From an uncultured Methanosarcinaceae archaeon (lineage in GTDB: Archaea > Halobacteriota > Methanosarcinia > Methanosarcinales > Methanosarcinaceae): a DNA stretch of 64,000 nt. This document shows positions 10,737 to 21,436 of this stretch, piece after piece. The notes under the pieces were generated by a model. The model had not been told where the DNA came from and searched no databases. It worked only from the letters and a program-made list of their open reading frames with translations. The stretch is taken from the NCBI GenBank assembly GCA_963833425.1, contig CAWHXP010000003.1, forward strand, positions 96,001-160,000, given 5' to 3'. The first letter of the stretch is position 1. The number at the start of each line of letters is the position of its first letter. A program made the position numbers and the translations under genes.

Positions 10737-11278
10737 TTACCTTTGAGAGAAATCATGAAATAGCTGCAAAGTTAGCGGAACACTTGAAAGCTGACATTCT
10801 TCTCTATAAAAAGGGAGTTTTCGAAAAAGCTTTTAGAGATTACAAGGCAATAGTTGCCGTTTTTGCTACAGGCATTGTAATAAGAGAAATTGCTTCTCTT
10901 CTCAAAAATAAGTGGTTGGATCCTGCTGTGATTGTAGTGGATTCAAACTTGAACTTTGTAATTCCACTTCTAGGAGGACATCACGGTGCTAATGAGATTG
11001 CTCGAAAGATTTCGGAACTCGGAGCAATCTCAGTGTTTACAACTGCTACTGAAGTTCACGGTAAACCCTCGGTAGAGGGCATTGCAGACAAACAATGCTG
11101 TGAGATATTCAATAAACAATCCACTGTAGCTGTAAATTGTGCATTCCTCGACCAGCGCGTAGAAATTCTTGAGATTAAAGGGCCCAGGATAATAATCGTG
11201 GAAGATGATGTATCTGTGCTTGTAAGAAAACGACAGAGTAAGACTATATCAACTGACGGTAGCAGAGGCAAGAGCTAA
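10709..11278 (+). CDS. cbiG: Cobalt-precorrin-5A hydrolase, N-terminal/mid part
   Basis: [29 protein letters not shown]. The first canonical start is TTG 10784, but the frame is open from 10697 with SD AGGAGGT before ATA 10709, so the start is uncertain. Confidence 0.85.
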   Translation: MRNSPEIVVITFERNHEIAAKLAEHLKADILLYKKGVFEKAFRDYKAIVAVFATGIVIREIASLLKNKWLDPAVIVVDSNLNFVIPLLGGHHGANEIARKISELGAISVFTTATEVHGKPSVEGIADKQCCEIFNKQSTVAVNCAFLDQRVEILEIKGPRIIIVEDDVSVLVRKRQSKTISTDGSRGKS

Positions 11279-11358
11279 CAAGCTTACGTGTAGTAGCTAA
11301 TAACCACACAATTAACTTATCTGTGGATTAATGAAAAATAAGTAAATGGGAGGCACTG

Positions 11359-11712
11359 ATGATCATTGGAATCGGGACTCGCAAAGGTATTACAAGAGAA
11401 GAAATCGTTGAAGCCGTGAAACTGGCGCTAGACGAGTGTAGCCTGAACCTTGAAGAAGTTACAGTTTTAGCTTCTTCGAAACTTAAGAAAAATGAACAAG
11501 GACTGCTGGAAGCAGGAAAAATGCTTGGTATTCCGGTGGACTTTTTGCCGGATGAAATGCTAAATAGCTACAATCCTCCTTCGTCATCCAAAGCATCACT
11601 CTTTGGATTAAAAGGAGTAGCAGAACCTGCAGCTCTTGCCCTTTCAGAAGAAAAAAAATTGATTTCTAGGAAAAAAGTATATGGCCGAGTTACGATCGCA
11701 ATCGCAAAATAA
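11359..11712 (+). CDS. CbiG C-terminal domain protein (CobE/CbiG_C)
   Basis: IIGIGTRKG, GVAEPAAL, VTIAIA. SD GGAGG. Confidence 0.85.
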   Translation: MIIGIGTRKGITREEIVEAVKLALDECSLNLEEVTVLASSKLKKNEQGLLEAGKMLGIPVDFLPDEMLNSYNPPSSSKASLFGLKGVAEPAALALSEEKKLISRKKVYGRVTIAIAK

Positions 11713-12481
11713 GGCAACAGTAGGAAAACTCTACATCGTAGGAATCGGGCCGGGATCTGTCGAACAAATGACGGTCAAAGCCAGAGATGCGATCATTAAT
11801 GCCGATTATGTGATTGGAAATAGTACTTACTTGGATCAGATCGAGAGTCTTCTGGGGACTCAGGAAGTAATACGCAGCCATATGGGCAAAGAGGTGGACA
11901 GAGCAAAAAAAGCAGTAGAACTTGCAAAGATTTCAACCGTTGTCATAATCAGTGGCGGCGATACCAACATCTATGGTATGGCGGGTATAGTTCTTGAAGT
12001 TGCTGAGCATGAGAATCTTGATGTTGTTATTGAAATTCTTCCAGGGGTTACGGCAATTCTAGCCGGAGCAAGTATACTTGGAGCTCCTGTTGTAACGGAT
12101 TTCGCAGTCATCAGCCTAAGCGACCTATTGACTCCCTGGGATGTAATAGAAAAGCGGCTTGACCTTGCTGCAAAGGCCGATTTTGTAATGGCACTATACA
12201 ATCCGAAAAGCCGCACGAGACAATCCAACTTTTTGAGGGCCATTGAAATAATCCGTCTGTACAAAGCCGACTCCGTGCCTGTTGGACTCGTCAAGAATGC
12301 TATGAGAGGCAAAGGCGAGGAAAGGATCGTAACGACCTTAGGTAAGGTAATGGAATACGAAAACTGGATAGATATGAGCACTACGATTCTTGTTGGAAAT
12401 AGAGATTCTAGAATCTGGAATTCTAAAAAGAAGGATTTTATAATAACTCCCAGGGGGTATCATAAGAAATATGACTACTAA
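11681..12481 (+). CDS. cbiH: Cobalt-precorrin-3 C17-methyltransferase
   Basis: VGIGPG, SGGDTNIYGMAG, ISLSDLLTPW, LYNPKS, TPRGY. Confidence 0.9.
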   Translation: MAELRSQSQNKATVGKLYIVGIGPGSVEQMTVKARDAIINADYVIGNSTYLDQIESLLGTQEVIRSHMGKEVDRAKKAVELAKISTVVIISGGDTNIYGMAGIVLEVAEHENLDVVIEILPGVTAILAGASILGAPVVTDFAVISLSDLLTPWDVIEKRLDLAAKADFVMALYNPKSRTRQSNFLRAIEIIRLYKADSVPVGLVKNAMRGKGEERIVTTLGKVMEYENWIDMSTTILVGNRDSRIWNSKKKDFIITPRGYHKKYDY

Positions 12482-13202
12482 AAGAAGCGTTAATGAAGAA
12501 GTTGTAAAGCTCGAAAACCTTGAAGAATTTACCGAGCTTACAGTAAATATAGATCCCGAATTGATAAAAATTTGTAAGGATTCTGGAGCAAGAACTGAGG
12601 AAGCAAAAGCTATTTACATGAAAAGCTGGGCAATTATCCAGGAACTTGTTGTGAATAAGAAGCCTGAAGATCGTTTACGTCAGCGCTGTGTTATTGCCAC
12701 TGGAGATCTCTCAGTAGCAGAAATCATCCGTTTCGTGCATGATCCCATTCCTGTAGGCGTGGAATCAATTAAAAAGGGTGCCCCGATTTTTGTAGATATC
12801 AATATGTTAAAAGCAGGGATTACAAAAACAGGGCACAAATCCAAAATCATTTGCGTACTAGATGAAGATCAGAATACTGAAATCGCTAACAAGTATGGAA
12901 TAACCCGCACATCTGCAGGTTTTCTGGCGGCCAGAAAACAACTCAATGGAAGTATTATTGCAATTGGAAATGCACCTTCTGCCCTTATCATGGTCTGCAA
13001 ACTTATTGAAAGAGGTATAAGGCCAGCTCTTATTATTGGACTTCCAGTAGGTTTCGTAAACGCTGCTGAATCCAAGGAAATGGTGAGAAACCTGAAGATT
13101 CCCATCCCCTCCATCAGCTGTGTCGGGACAAGAGGAGGGACTCCAATGGCTGTAGCATGCGTAAATGAGCTTGTTGCAATTGCAAAAGAAAGTGAAGAAT
13201 AA
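12471..13202 (+). CDS. cbiC: Cobalt-precorrin-8 methylmutase
   Basis: TRTSAG, IGNAPSAL, GLPVGFVNAAESK, GTRGGT. Confidence 0.9.
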   Translation: MTTKRSVNEEVVKLENLEEFTELTVNIDPELIKICKDSGARTEEAKAIYMKSWAIIQELVVNKKPEDRLRQRCVIATGDLSVAEIIRFVHDPIPVGVESIKKGAPIFVDINMLKAGITKTGHKSKIICVLDEDQNTEIANKYGITRTSAGFLAARKQLNGSIIAIGNAPSALIMVCKLIERGIRPALIIGLPVGFVNAAESKEMVRNLKIPIPSISCVGTRGGTPMAVACVNELVAIAKESEE

Positions 13203-13937
13203 CATTTTTCCCAAATTTTTAGCCACTGCATTTATTCTCATTTCTCCTCATTACGATATATCAATTCAGTTTACCAGAAATAAATTGGAAGATAACTATT
13301 TTGACGCAATGGATATTTTTGAGTACTAATTTAGAGCGGAAAAAACAATATCGTGCTTACGGTTGAAAATGAGCCTTTGAAATTTATTCATTGAACCCTA
13401 GTGACGGCTTTGAATGGATATCTAGACAGAGATCTCATTCAACTACCGTCAGTGAAAGTCTAGCTAACCAGATACTAAACAAACGTAAGGGGGAGAGAAA
13501 TACTAACTTCGTGAAAAATGATATCTACTGACTATAGGTAGGCTATCCCTTCACTCATGATGTGTACGCCTAAATCTTTAGTTATTCTTAGGTTCATTTG
13601 TCTATGACTCGTTCCTGGAGAATATTGCCTAAAAATCACATTCAGATGAGTGCGTAGGCAAACCGTATCTAATATCAGCACCTCATTAAGACTATATACA
13701 AGACTACGGAGCTTCGAACAACTATAAACTATAATCAAAACATGGCTGGATCTGAAATTCGATATCATGAAATTAAACTCGATGATGATAGCATTTCTGC
13801 AACTGATCCTATTTTGTTGTCTTGTTTGTGGTTTATTTCTCTTACCTTCGAGGACTGGGGGGCACTGGTGCAATTAATCCGGTTAATGGTAGATCTGTAA
13901 GAAATGTATTAATTATTGCTGTTTTTTTCTGTAAGCA

Positions 13938-14470
13938 TGTAAACATAAATCGAGATAAATCCGAAGAGCTTGAGATATTTGCAAAGAGCATACTGCCACT
14001 GCCTGAAAACCAAAAGAGTAGACTATATCTAACTTTCTTTGTTGAAATGGAAGATATTGAAGCCCTTGCCTTGACAATGGAAAAACTGATAATTTATGAA
14101 GGCTCCAACTTTGACTTCCTAAAAAGGAATGCTATAAAACTAAGAAAACCTGGGGATTTAATCCATATAGGAATTAAAAATTGCGGATCTTTAAGCTATA
14201 ATTGCGGAATTTGTGGCCTTGGAAAATGTGCAAATATGTTGAGCCTGTAAACGGTAGAAACGGAATTCAAAAGCCTGAACTGTGTGTTCAAGTATACATA
14301 CCAGAGCACTGCATTAAGAGCAACTGTTTCAAAAGCCAAGTACCTATGCATTGACAACTGGGTTATGTGAACACATGGCGATGCTATAAAATTTTTTGAT
14401 TTGCTGAATGGGATATTGCCCTTTGAATTCCTCAGAATGTAACAGGGTAAAATATCCTTTCTGGTAAAAA
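13938..14470 (+). pseudogene. Ferredoxin-like DUF2148 protein, degraded
   Basis: Fragments LEIFAKSIL, NCGICG..KC, CVFKY and KAK.LCIDN are spread over shifted frames. Confidence 0.55.
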
Positions 14471-14528
14471 ATAAAGATTTTTAAGGAACTAAAATACCTT
14501 CTATATTTAAAAAATTTAAAGGAAAAAC

Positions 14529-16517
14529 TTAAACCAGGCCCCTACGCCTTTCGCTCCGATACTCTTCAAAGAGGCTCTTTAGTTGATCTTCTTTAGCCCT
14601 GCGGATTTTTATCTCAGCTTCTTTTTCCCAGACAGAAATTGCAGCTTTAAGGCCTTCAGGCTCTGTCATTGCAAAATCTTCAGCCCTTTCAAGTGGGATG
14701 CCACTTAAGACAGGTACGTATCCTCTAAAAAAAGTTTCCTCTGCCGCATGCGAAATATCTTCCTGGATGAGTACGGCCCTAACTTTGGATTCGACAAGAA
14801 TCTGGGCTGCTGAAGCTCCACCTCCGCTAGGATTTTCCAGGAAAACTACATCTCCTTCTTTGAGCCCATATTTTTCTTTTGTTTCCGCAATCGATTCTTT
14901 TGTAAAAGCGGTAATCACCTTTACAGGGGTACCTACGCCGCTGAGCTCCATTTTTTGGATTTTGCGAAGCTTGTTACTCCGGCGTCGGAGTTCTTTTACA
15001 GTTTTATTTTTATGACTAAGCTCTGATTTCAGGCTTTCTATAATTTCATCTCTTATTTTGATCTCTTTTGATTTACGAATTTCACTGTAAGCCTCTTTTT
15101 TAAAGCCGTTCAACTTTGACTCGAGCTTTGAAGTTTTCTTGTCTGTTATGACTAGTTCTTTCTTTAATTCCTCAAGATATTTTTGCAAGTTTTGAATATG
15201 CTCCCTCTGCCTCTGGATGACCTTCCTCATTTTTTGAATGGATTCATCGACTTCTCTGTCCTCTGGTTTTTCCGGAATTTTCTGAACCCTTGTATCGACA
15301 AGAGCTCTTGATGCTCTGTTTTTTTCTATTGCATCTTCTATTGAATCTCCTCGAATTACGTAGAGCTTTAGAAGCTCAAGATCTGCATCTGCTGGGGCTT
15401 TCTTTTCAATCCTAGTAAAAATATTCTTGTAACTTCTGTAGGTGAGAAGAGCTGCAGTCAATGCATCCCTTTCATGATCATTGGAGTAACCGAAAGTCTT
15501 TGCGAGCGCAATTTTTTCCTCAGAAGAAACCTCAATTCCAGGGCTTGCAGCAACCGAACTGAAGCTTCGCCTAATTTTTTCAACCGAGACTGGTATTGGG
15601 GTGACATCGCTGGCAATCACCGCAGGTTTTCCGTATTCTGCAATGAGCTTGACAACTTCACCAGGAGCTATCCCCCTGAAACTTTTTAAATAGAGAAGGT
15701 CTCCATATAGAGACAGAATAGCTATTCCCACAGTTGTTCCTGGATCGATTCCCACGATTGTGAATCTACGCCTCAGTTTCTTCTGTTTGAGGGGCACATA
15801 GCGAATTTTATCTCTCTCTACGCTTCTTATAATTACCTGAGCATCAGTACTTGCCATAGAATGTATTGGTATCTCTCCGCGCTTTGCGTACACAGTAAAC
15901 TCAGACCTGACATAACCTCCGAACCCTTTTACATTTACAGCTTCGAATAGTATACCCTTTTCCCGCGATAGATCCTTCAAAACATTTTCAATCTCTCTAC
16001 TCCGTTGTAGTACAGCTCCATGTACTTTTCTACGGTAACGATTTTGACTCCATCCCCCTCTTCCGAGTGAGCGTGCTCTGCTAACCTTGATTTTTGTAAT
16101 ATCTTCAAAGAGAGATAACTCATATCCAACTCCAAGGTCCGCAAGGCGAGCACATGCTTCAGCTTCATCATTAGGATTTTCAGGATCAAAAGAAAGACCG
16201 TGTTTCCGTGCAATCCTAACAAGTGATTCTGGGTGTAGCCCACCTGTTACCTGAACAACTTTAACGCTTTCAGGTAAGCGTTCCATGAGAGAAAGAAGCT
16301 CTCTCCTGTCTGCAGCAAGCTCGAAAATGTTGTCAACAGCTATTATCTCTGGCCGATCTCTCTGGATCATATTAAATATTTTTTGGCGATGTAGCATTTT
16401 TTGATGAGAAACCTTACCGTCTTTGAGAATTGCGAGTGCGTATCTAGGAAGCTCCCTACCCCGAGGAGATCCTTTAGAGATATCGATTCCATAGATTGTC
16501 TGTTTTTGCATGAACAA
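14529..16517 (-). CDS. DUF460 domain protein (RNase H-like folds plus coiled coil)
   Basis: IYGIDI, GRGGWSQNRYRR, IVGIDPGTTVG, NDHERDALTAA and a long coiled coil. Confidence 0.85.
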   Translation of the reverse strand: MFMQKQTIYGIDISKGSPRGRELPRYALAILKDGKVSHQKMLHRQKIFNMIQRDRPEIIAVDNIFELAADRRELLSLMERLPESVKVVQVTGGLHPESLVRIARKHGLSFDPENPNDEAEACARLADLGVGYELSLFEDITKIKVSRARSLGRGGWSQNRYRRKVHGAVLQRSREIENVLKDLSREKGILFEAVNVKGFGGYVRSEFTVYAKRGEIPIHSMASTDAQVIIRSVERDKIRYVPLKQKKLRRRFTIVGIDPGTTVGIAILSLYGDLLYLKSFRGIAPGEVVKLIAEYGKPAVIASDVTPIPVSVEKIRRSFSSVAASPGIEVSSEEKIALAKTFGYSNDHERDALTAALLTYRSYKNIFTRIEKKAPADADLELLKLYVIRGDSIEDAIEKNRASRALVDTRVQKIPEKPEDREVDESIQKMRKVIQRQREHIQNLQKYLEELKKELVITDKKTSKLESKLNGFKKEAYSEIRKSKEIKIRDEIIESLKSELSHKNKTVKELRRRSNKLRKIQKMELSGVGTPVKVITAFTKESIAETKEKYGLKEGDVVFLENPSGGGASAAQILVESKVRAVLIQEDISHAAEETFFRGYVPVLSGIPLERAEDFAMTEPEGLKAAISVWEKEAEIKIRRAKEDQLKSLFEEYRSERRRGLV

Positions 16518-16829
16518 TTATATTTTATTTTTGATGGAACATATATTTAACTGCAGCCATTCTCCATTAATTAAACATGTATTTGAGAAGGTTCTTTTAG
16601 ATTCATATATCAACAAAAAAATGAAGGGTTGGAATACCCGATTAGACACATGAAAGTTTATAAGTACATTTTTAAATACTTGAACAGAATAAATCGGGTT
16701 TTTATAACCTACAAGAAGCGACTTCTGGATTTCTATTTATGATTCGGTGATAAAAAAATAGCTGTTATAGTTGGAGATGTACAAAATATGAAGGCATTGA
16801 AACATAACAAAACATAAAGGATTAATCAA

Positions 16830-17963
16830 GAGAATTTCGATAAACTCCATGCTCTTGAGCATGGTTGGCTTTAAATTTGTAAATATTTATCTATATTCAT
16901 GAAAACTCTTATTGATTTTGCTCTTAAAGAAGAGTATAAACGTCTTGAATCTGTTGGAGATAAGCTTGCTGAAATTGATTTCTTAATTGATTGGAAAACG
17001 TTTCGTATTATTCTTGAGTCTATGTATATTAACAAAACCGTTTCATGAGGGAGACCTGAAACTGATGTCATTGTGATGTTCAAAATGCTTGTTTTACAAC
17101 AATTGCATGTGCTCTCTGATTTTGAACTTGAGAAACAGTGTATAGATCGAATTTCTTTTAGGAAATTCCTTGTATTTCCGGAATAAGTACCTGACAGTAC
17201 TAATGTATGTCTATTTAGGGAGAGAATTATCGAGAATTTCAAAGAAAATATGGGAAAAGTTGCAAAGCCAACTTGATACTCTGGGTTTCCAGATAAAGCA
17301 TGGACTGATTCAGGATGTTACTTTTATCCATTCAGATCCATGACATGCAAAAGCAGAGAGATGAGGCAAAAACAAGAAGAAGCAGAGACGGAACATGGAC
17401 AAAGAAGGGAGGTAAGTCTCACTTTGGATATAAGCTTCATAATATAATAGACAGAGATTATGAGCTGATCAGAAGATTCAAAACAACAACTGCGTCAGTA
17501 CATGATTCATATGTAGATTTGACAGAGGAAAATGAAGTGGTTTATAGGGACAGAGTATACTTTGGAGCAAAAACGAAAGGGTATAATGCAACAATGAAAA
17601 GAGCGGTCAAAGGACATACTCTGGGAATAAAGGATATATTCAGAAATAAGAAAATTAGCTCAAAAAGAGTCCCAGTAGAAGGAGTTTATTCAGTAACGAA
17701 AGAAATTTTCAAAGCAGGAAGAGTTTTTGTTACTACTGTTAAAAGAGTAAATCTAAAAATGTTGTGTACGGCTTTTTGTTATAATCTCTATCAATTGAGG
17801 AAATTGAAAATAAAAAAAGTATATTGAAGATAGCGGAAGCTATCTTTAAAATCAAAGAATTGAGAATAAGTAAAGCCAAAAAGAGGAATTAAATAGAGAA
17901 ATTGAGGGGAAAATATGAGAAATTCCTGCTAAGAAATAAAATCCGAAGTTTATCGAAATCCTC
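16830..17963 (+). mobile_element. IS5-family element, transposase pseudogene
   Basis: Same TIRs as 2968-3571. DDE fragments HFGYKLH, TTASVHDS and YRDRVYFG, with several stops and frameshifts. Flanks TCAA/TATT do not match. Confidence 0.9.
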
Positions 17964-17984
17964 TATTATTTTTGAATATCATTA

Positions 17985-18410
17985 TGATGGGGTGGTCAGC
18001 GCCGCCGGTGATCCTTATGGTTATGTATATAATATTGAGCACGTTGTTTTCCGGGGTCGCGGTGACCATATCCATGAGCTGTATTTTGATGACAATGGCA
18101 GCTTAACGACCTTACTCTTGCAACTGGTGCACCCACCGCCGTTGATGACCCTCATGGTTATGTATATAATATTGAGCACGTTGTTTACCGGAGTGGCGAT
18201 GGCCATATCCATGAGCTGTATTTCAATGGACAATGGTATCACAACGACAGTTCTATTGCAACTAATGAACAAATAGCCTTGGCCACTGGCAACCCTCATG
18301 GTTACATTACAACATCTGGAAATGCAGCTTCGACTGCACATGTTGTTTACCGGGATGACTATAATATCTATGAGCTGTATTTCGTTGCATAATGGTTATA
18401 TTACATTTGA
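17985..18410 (+). pseudogene. Fucose-lectin-like beta-propeller repeat gene relic
   Basis: About three repeats of DP(Y/H)GY...EHVV(F/Y)R..DGHIHELYF.GQW..NDL with frameshifts. The 5' part is missing at the IS5 end. Confidence 0.55.
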
Positions 18411-18617
18411 TCGGGACATGCTGATTTCCATTTTGGAGCACGGCAACGATGCAGAACGAATGGAAACTGGAGGGTTCACTCAAGAAAATGGGTAAAGCAG
18501 ATGGCTAACTGGTCATCATGCAACGGCAGAGCAGTCAGCTATAATTTCCATATGAGAATCTAACAAGACGGCAGAGATCCGCCGCTCTTGTGGAATGTAG
18601 GACTGTTGCTGCCCTAT

Positions 18618-18807
18618 CACTGCCCAACATCCTGCTGATGGTGGTCGTGATGATCATGATAGTTGTCGTCCCCGGATGCACATGGTCGTGATGCCAATCG
18701 TCATGGCCCCAATGGTACGTTGTCTTGATATAGTTCCACGTTCAATGTTGCAGCTGTCACTGATACTACAAAAAGAACTGCCAGCAAAATAGCAAATACC
18801 TTTTCAT
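18618..18807 (-). pseudogene. Small secreted His/Asp-rich peptide relic
   Basis: Signal-peptide-like MK(K)VFAILLAVLFVVSVTAA, then HWGHDDWHHDH and DDNYHDHHDHH in shifted frames. Confidence 0.4.
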
Positions 18808-18880
18808 TCTACGAGATGATTGTTTCAACAATTACTTCACTTTTTATATTTTGTTCAAATTGGTAGCATGTTAAAATATA

Positions 18881-18968
18881 AAAAATTTCGACAAAGATCT
18901 GATCTCAACAAACTGCTTATACATTATTTATAAATAAAAAGTCGAAGTTAGGCTCTATCGAAATCCTG
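18881..18968. mobile_element. 88-bp MITE copy (degenerate)
   Basis: AAAAATTTCGACAAAG ... CTCTATCGAAATCCTG with TATA/TACA flanks. Confidence 0.5.
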
Positions 18969-19864
18969 TACACTGACATAAAGGGAAGATTATTCACTTT
19001 GTTTCGAGTAGTTACCTAAAGAATCTGTTGCTGCAGGCATTCATATCAAATATGTTATTAGATAGTGGGCTCAAGATTGTTTTAATTTGAAAAAGAGTGG
19101 ATCTATGGGCTGGAGTGATTAAACCCTTCCATAACCCTAAGTGTTTTGTTTTCGAAATCTGAAACTATCCACCGGCCTGTACTTATAGATAAGTAATTCC
19201 ACCACCACAGGTTCGATGAACAGCTTTCAGATTTTCTTATTTTTCTAGATCTGTTGGATAGACATATAAATTTATGACAAACTCCTATCTATTATTTTTC
19301 TTTATTTTTTTCATATTTTATGCTATTAAATTTAAAAATTATATTACTTGCCCAATTTTCATCAAAAATAATAGTGAAGAGTTTACATTGAGAATATACA
19401 TAGTTTTTATCACAAAAACTGTGCATAAACAAAAGATAAATCATATTTTTTTGTAGTGAATAAAAAGGGATACATGATCATTTAGAATTTACAGAACTTT
19501 TGGTAAACTGCCAAAGCAAAAACAAAAGTTGTTCGAGTGTGAAAAATATATAATATTTTACTAGACTTCTGTTCAGCTTCCGATACTTCTCATGGCCTCA
19601 GCAAACTTTGGATATACATTGAAAAGCAAGCTCCGACTGAATCAAAGTATGTAAATTTTATTATAAGGAACTTAGAGCCTATTCAAAAAGTCAACAATTG
19701 CATGTTGATAAAATTTGGATAAAATAAGTTCTTTTGATTATTATTTGAGAAAAAGAAGAGAGCTCACAAAAAAAATGGCAACCCCTAAGTTCTATAAAGA
19801 TAGATGGAAAAGCTACATCAATAAATAAAATGTATAAACTATTGTGTTAATACCACACTTTTGT

Positions 19865-20100
19865 TTTAAGAGATCTATCTCCATCTTTTACCAAAACATC
19901 GATTCTATTTGGGCCCCACGAAACTGCTGCAGAAGCACCAGGCAATGACCTCCTAGATCTTCACAGTAGGGGTACCAACTATAGCCATCCCACCATTTAT
20001 GTAGAGAGTCTGATTAGTTCCGACTGTGAAGCAATCCAACCTATTTGGTCCCCAAGAAGAAACAGCCAAATGATCGCCGCATACATCGTCAATATGCATC
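19865..20100 (-). pseudogene. PLL-like lectin beta-propeller relic
   Basis: Two repeats with frameshifts: LAVSSWGPNRLDCFTVGT..LY-KWWDG..W...EDLGG and AAVSWGPNRIDVLVK. Confidence 0.6.
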
Positions 20101-20634
20101 CAGTCACTCCAAACCACATTTCTTTACTACCTAAATTGTGATTTTATTTACTATAAATTGAGACGACCTTACAACAACGTGTTAAAAACAAAAACATTAG
20201 ATTCAATTAAAGAATAGTTAAAAAATAATTTAATGATATTGTGATTTTACAGAACTTGAGTTACACCTCCGTACTGAAAATACAATATTGCATAAGTTTT
20301 ATGTACGATTTATTGCACTTGATTTTATTTATAGAGTGCTAAAAGGTTTATTATATTTTTGTTATTGTTTCAATTTTTAATTGTTATTCATTATATTTTA
20401 AATTTCTTGTATTTAATAATATTTATATTTTAAGAGTGCTTTCCGCATTAGGGAGCTAGTGAATAAAATAGTGATGAAGAGTTTACATAGAGAAATTTGA
20501 TAGCAAAATCTGTGTATGTACTAATATTATATTAATCACTATTTTATCAAATGAGAAAAATGGATTTATAGCGTGCCTAAATTTTCTTACTGGTCTTAAA
20601 CTTGAAGATGAAACATAAAAAGATATCAAAAACG

Positions 20635-20684
20635 TTTTTACGGGTTCCTTCTCAAATCTTTTTACGGGTTCCTTCTCAAATCTT
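20635..20684. repeat. 24-bp direct tandem repeat (two copies)
   Basis: TTTTTACGGGTTCCTTCTCAAATC occurs twice. Confidence 0.9.
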
Positions 20685-21436
20685 ATTACTGTATTGATAA
20701 ATTGAGTTCCTGATCCAGTTTATTCAGATGGTTAGTTTTGTTTCAAATACTATATAATTATTTTTTTCTTCTGTTTCTACTCATGATTATGATTTCGGTT
20801 AATTAATTCCAGGTGTTTCATGAGATTCATATGTTCTATGAGTTACATAAGCTCCATTAGTTATAGATTAGCAACATTTTCTTATTTAATATGGAAGTTA
20901 GTGGGTTCATAGATTTTTAGTGCAAAAACTGTGCATAGAATTATTCAATATAGAATGATTGCAAAACTCAAAAAACAGAAAGAAATTATTTTGAAATCAA
21001 ACAATTCTTTCAATTGATGGATGTTGATTTTTGTTGTAAACGATAATCAACGATGATTTAATTTTATTCCAATAAATGGTACACTAAAACGAGCTGGGAA
21101 ATTTCTAATATGTGGCTGGATATACTTTAAACTAAAATACCGGTATGGCAGAAAACATATAAATAAGATAGGAGAAAACACGAAAGAGTTAGGCCCCTTC
21201 TGTATTGTAAGGCCTGTGAGCTTCAGTAAATTCTCTTTTGATTACCTATAGACTCAATACTTATGGGAAAATAAAAACATAGCCGCCAATTCAAGGCATT
21301 TATCAGGAGTTTGTTCTCGATACCTTGAAAAATGGCTATGATGCTGTTTCATTTCTTACTTAGTAGCCCTTAGATCAAGTGGCTATTCTTATATCCCTAT
21401 CAACGATGGTGATTCCAAAGTTATTTGATTGGTGCC

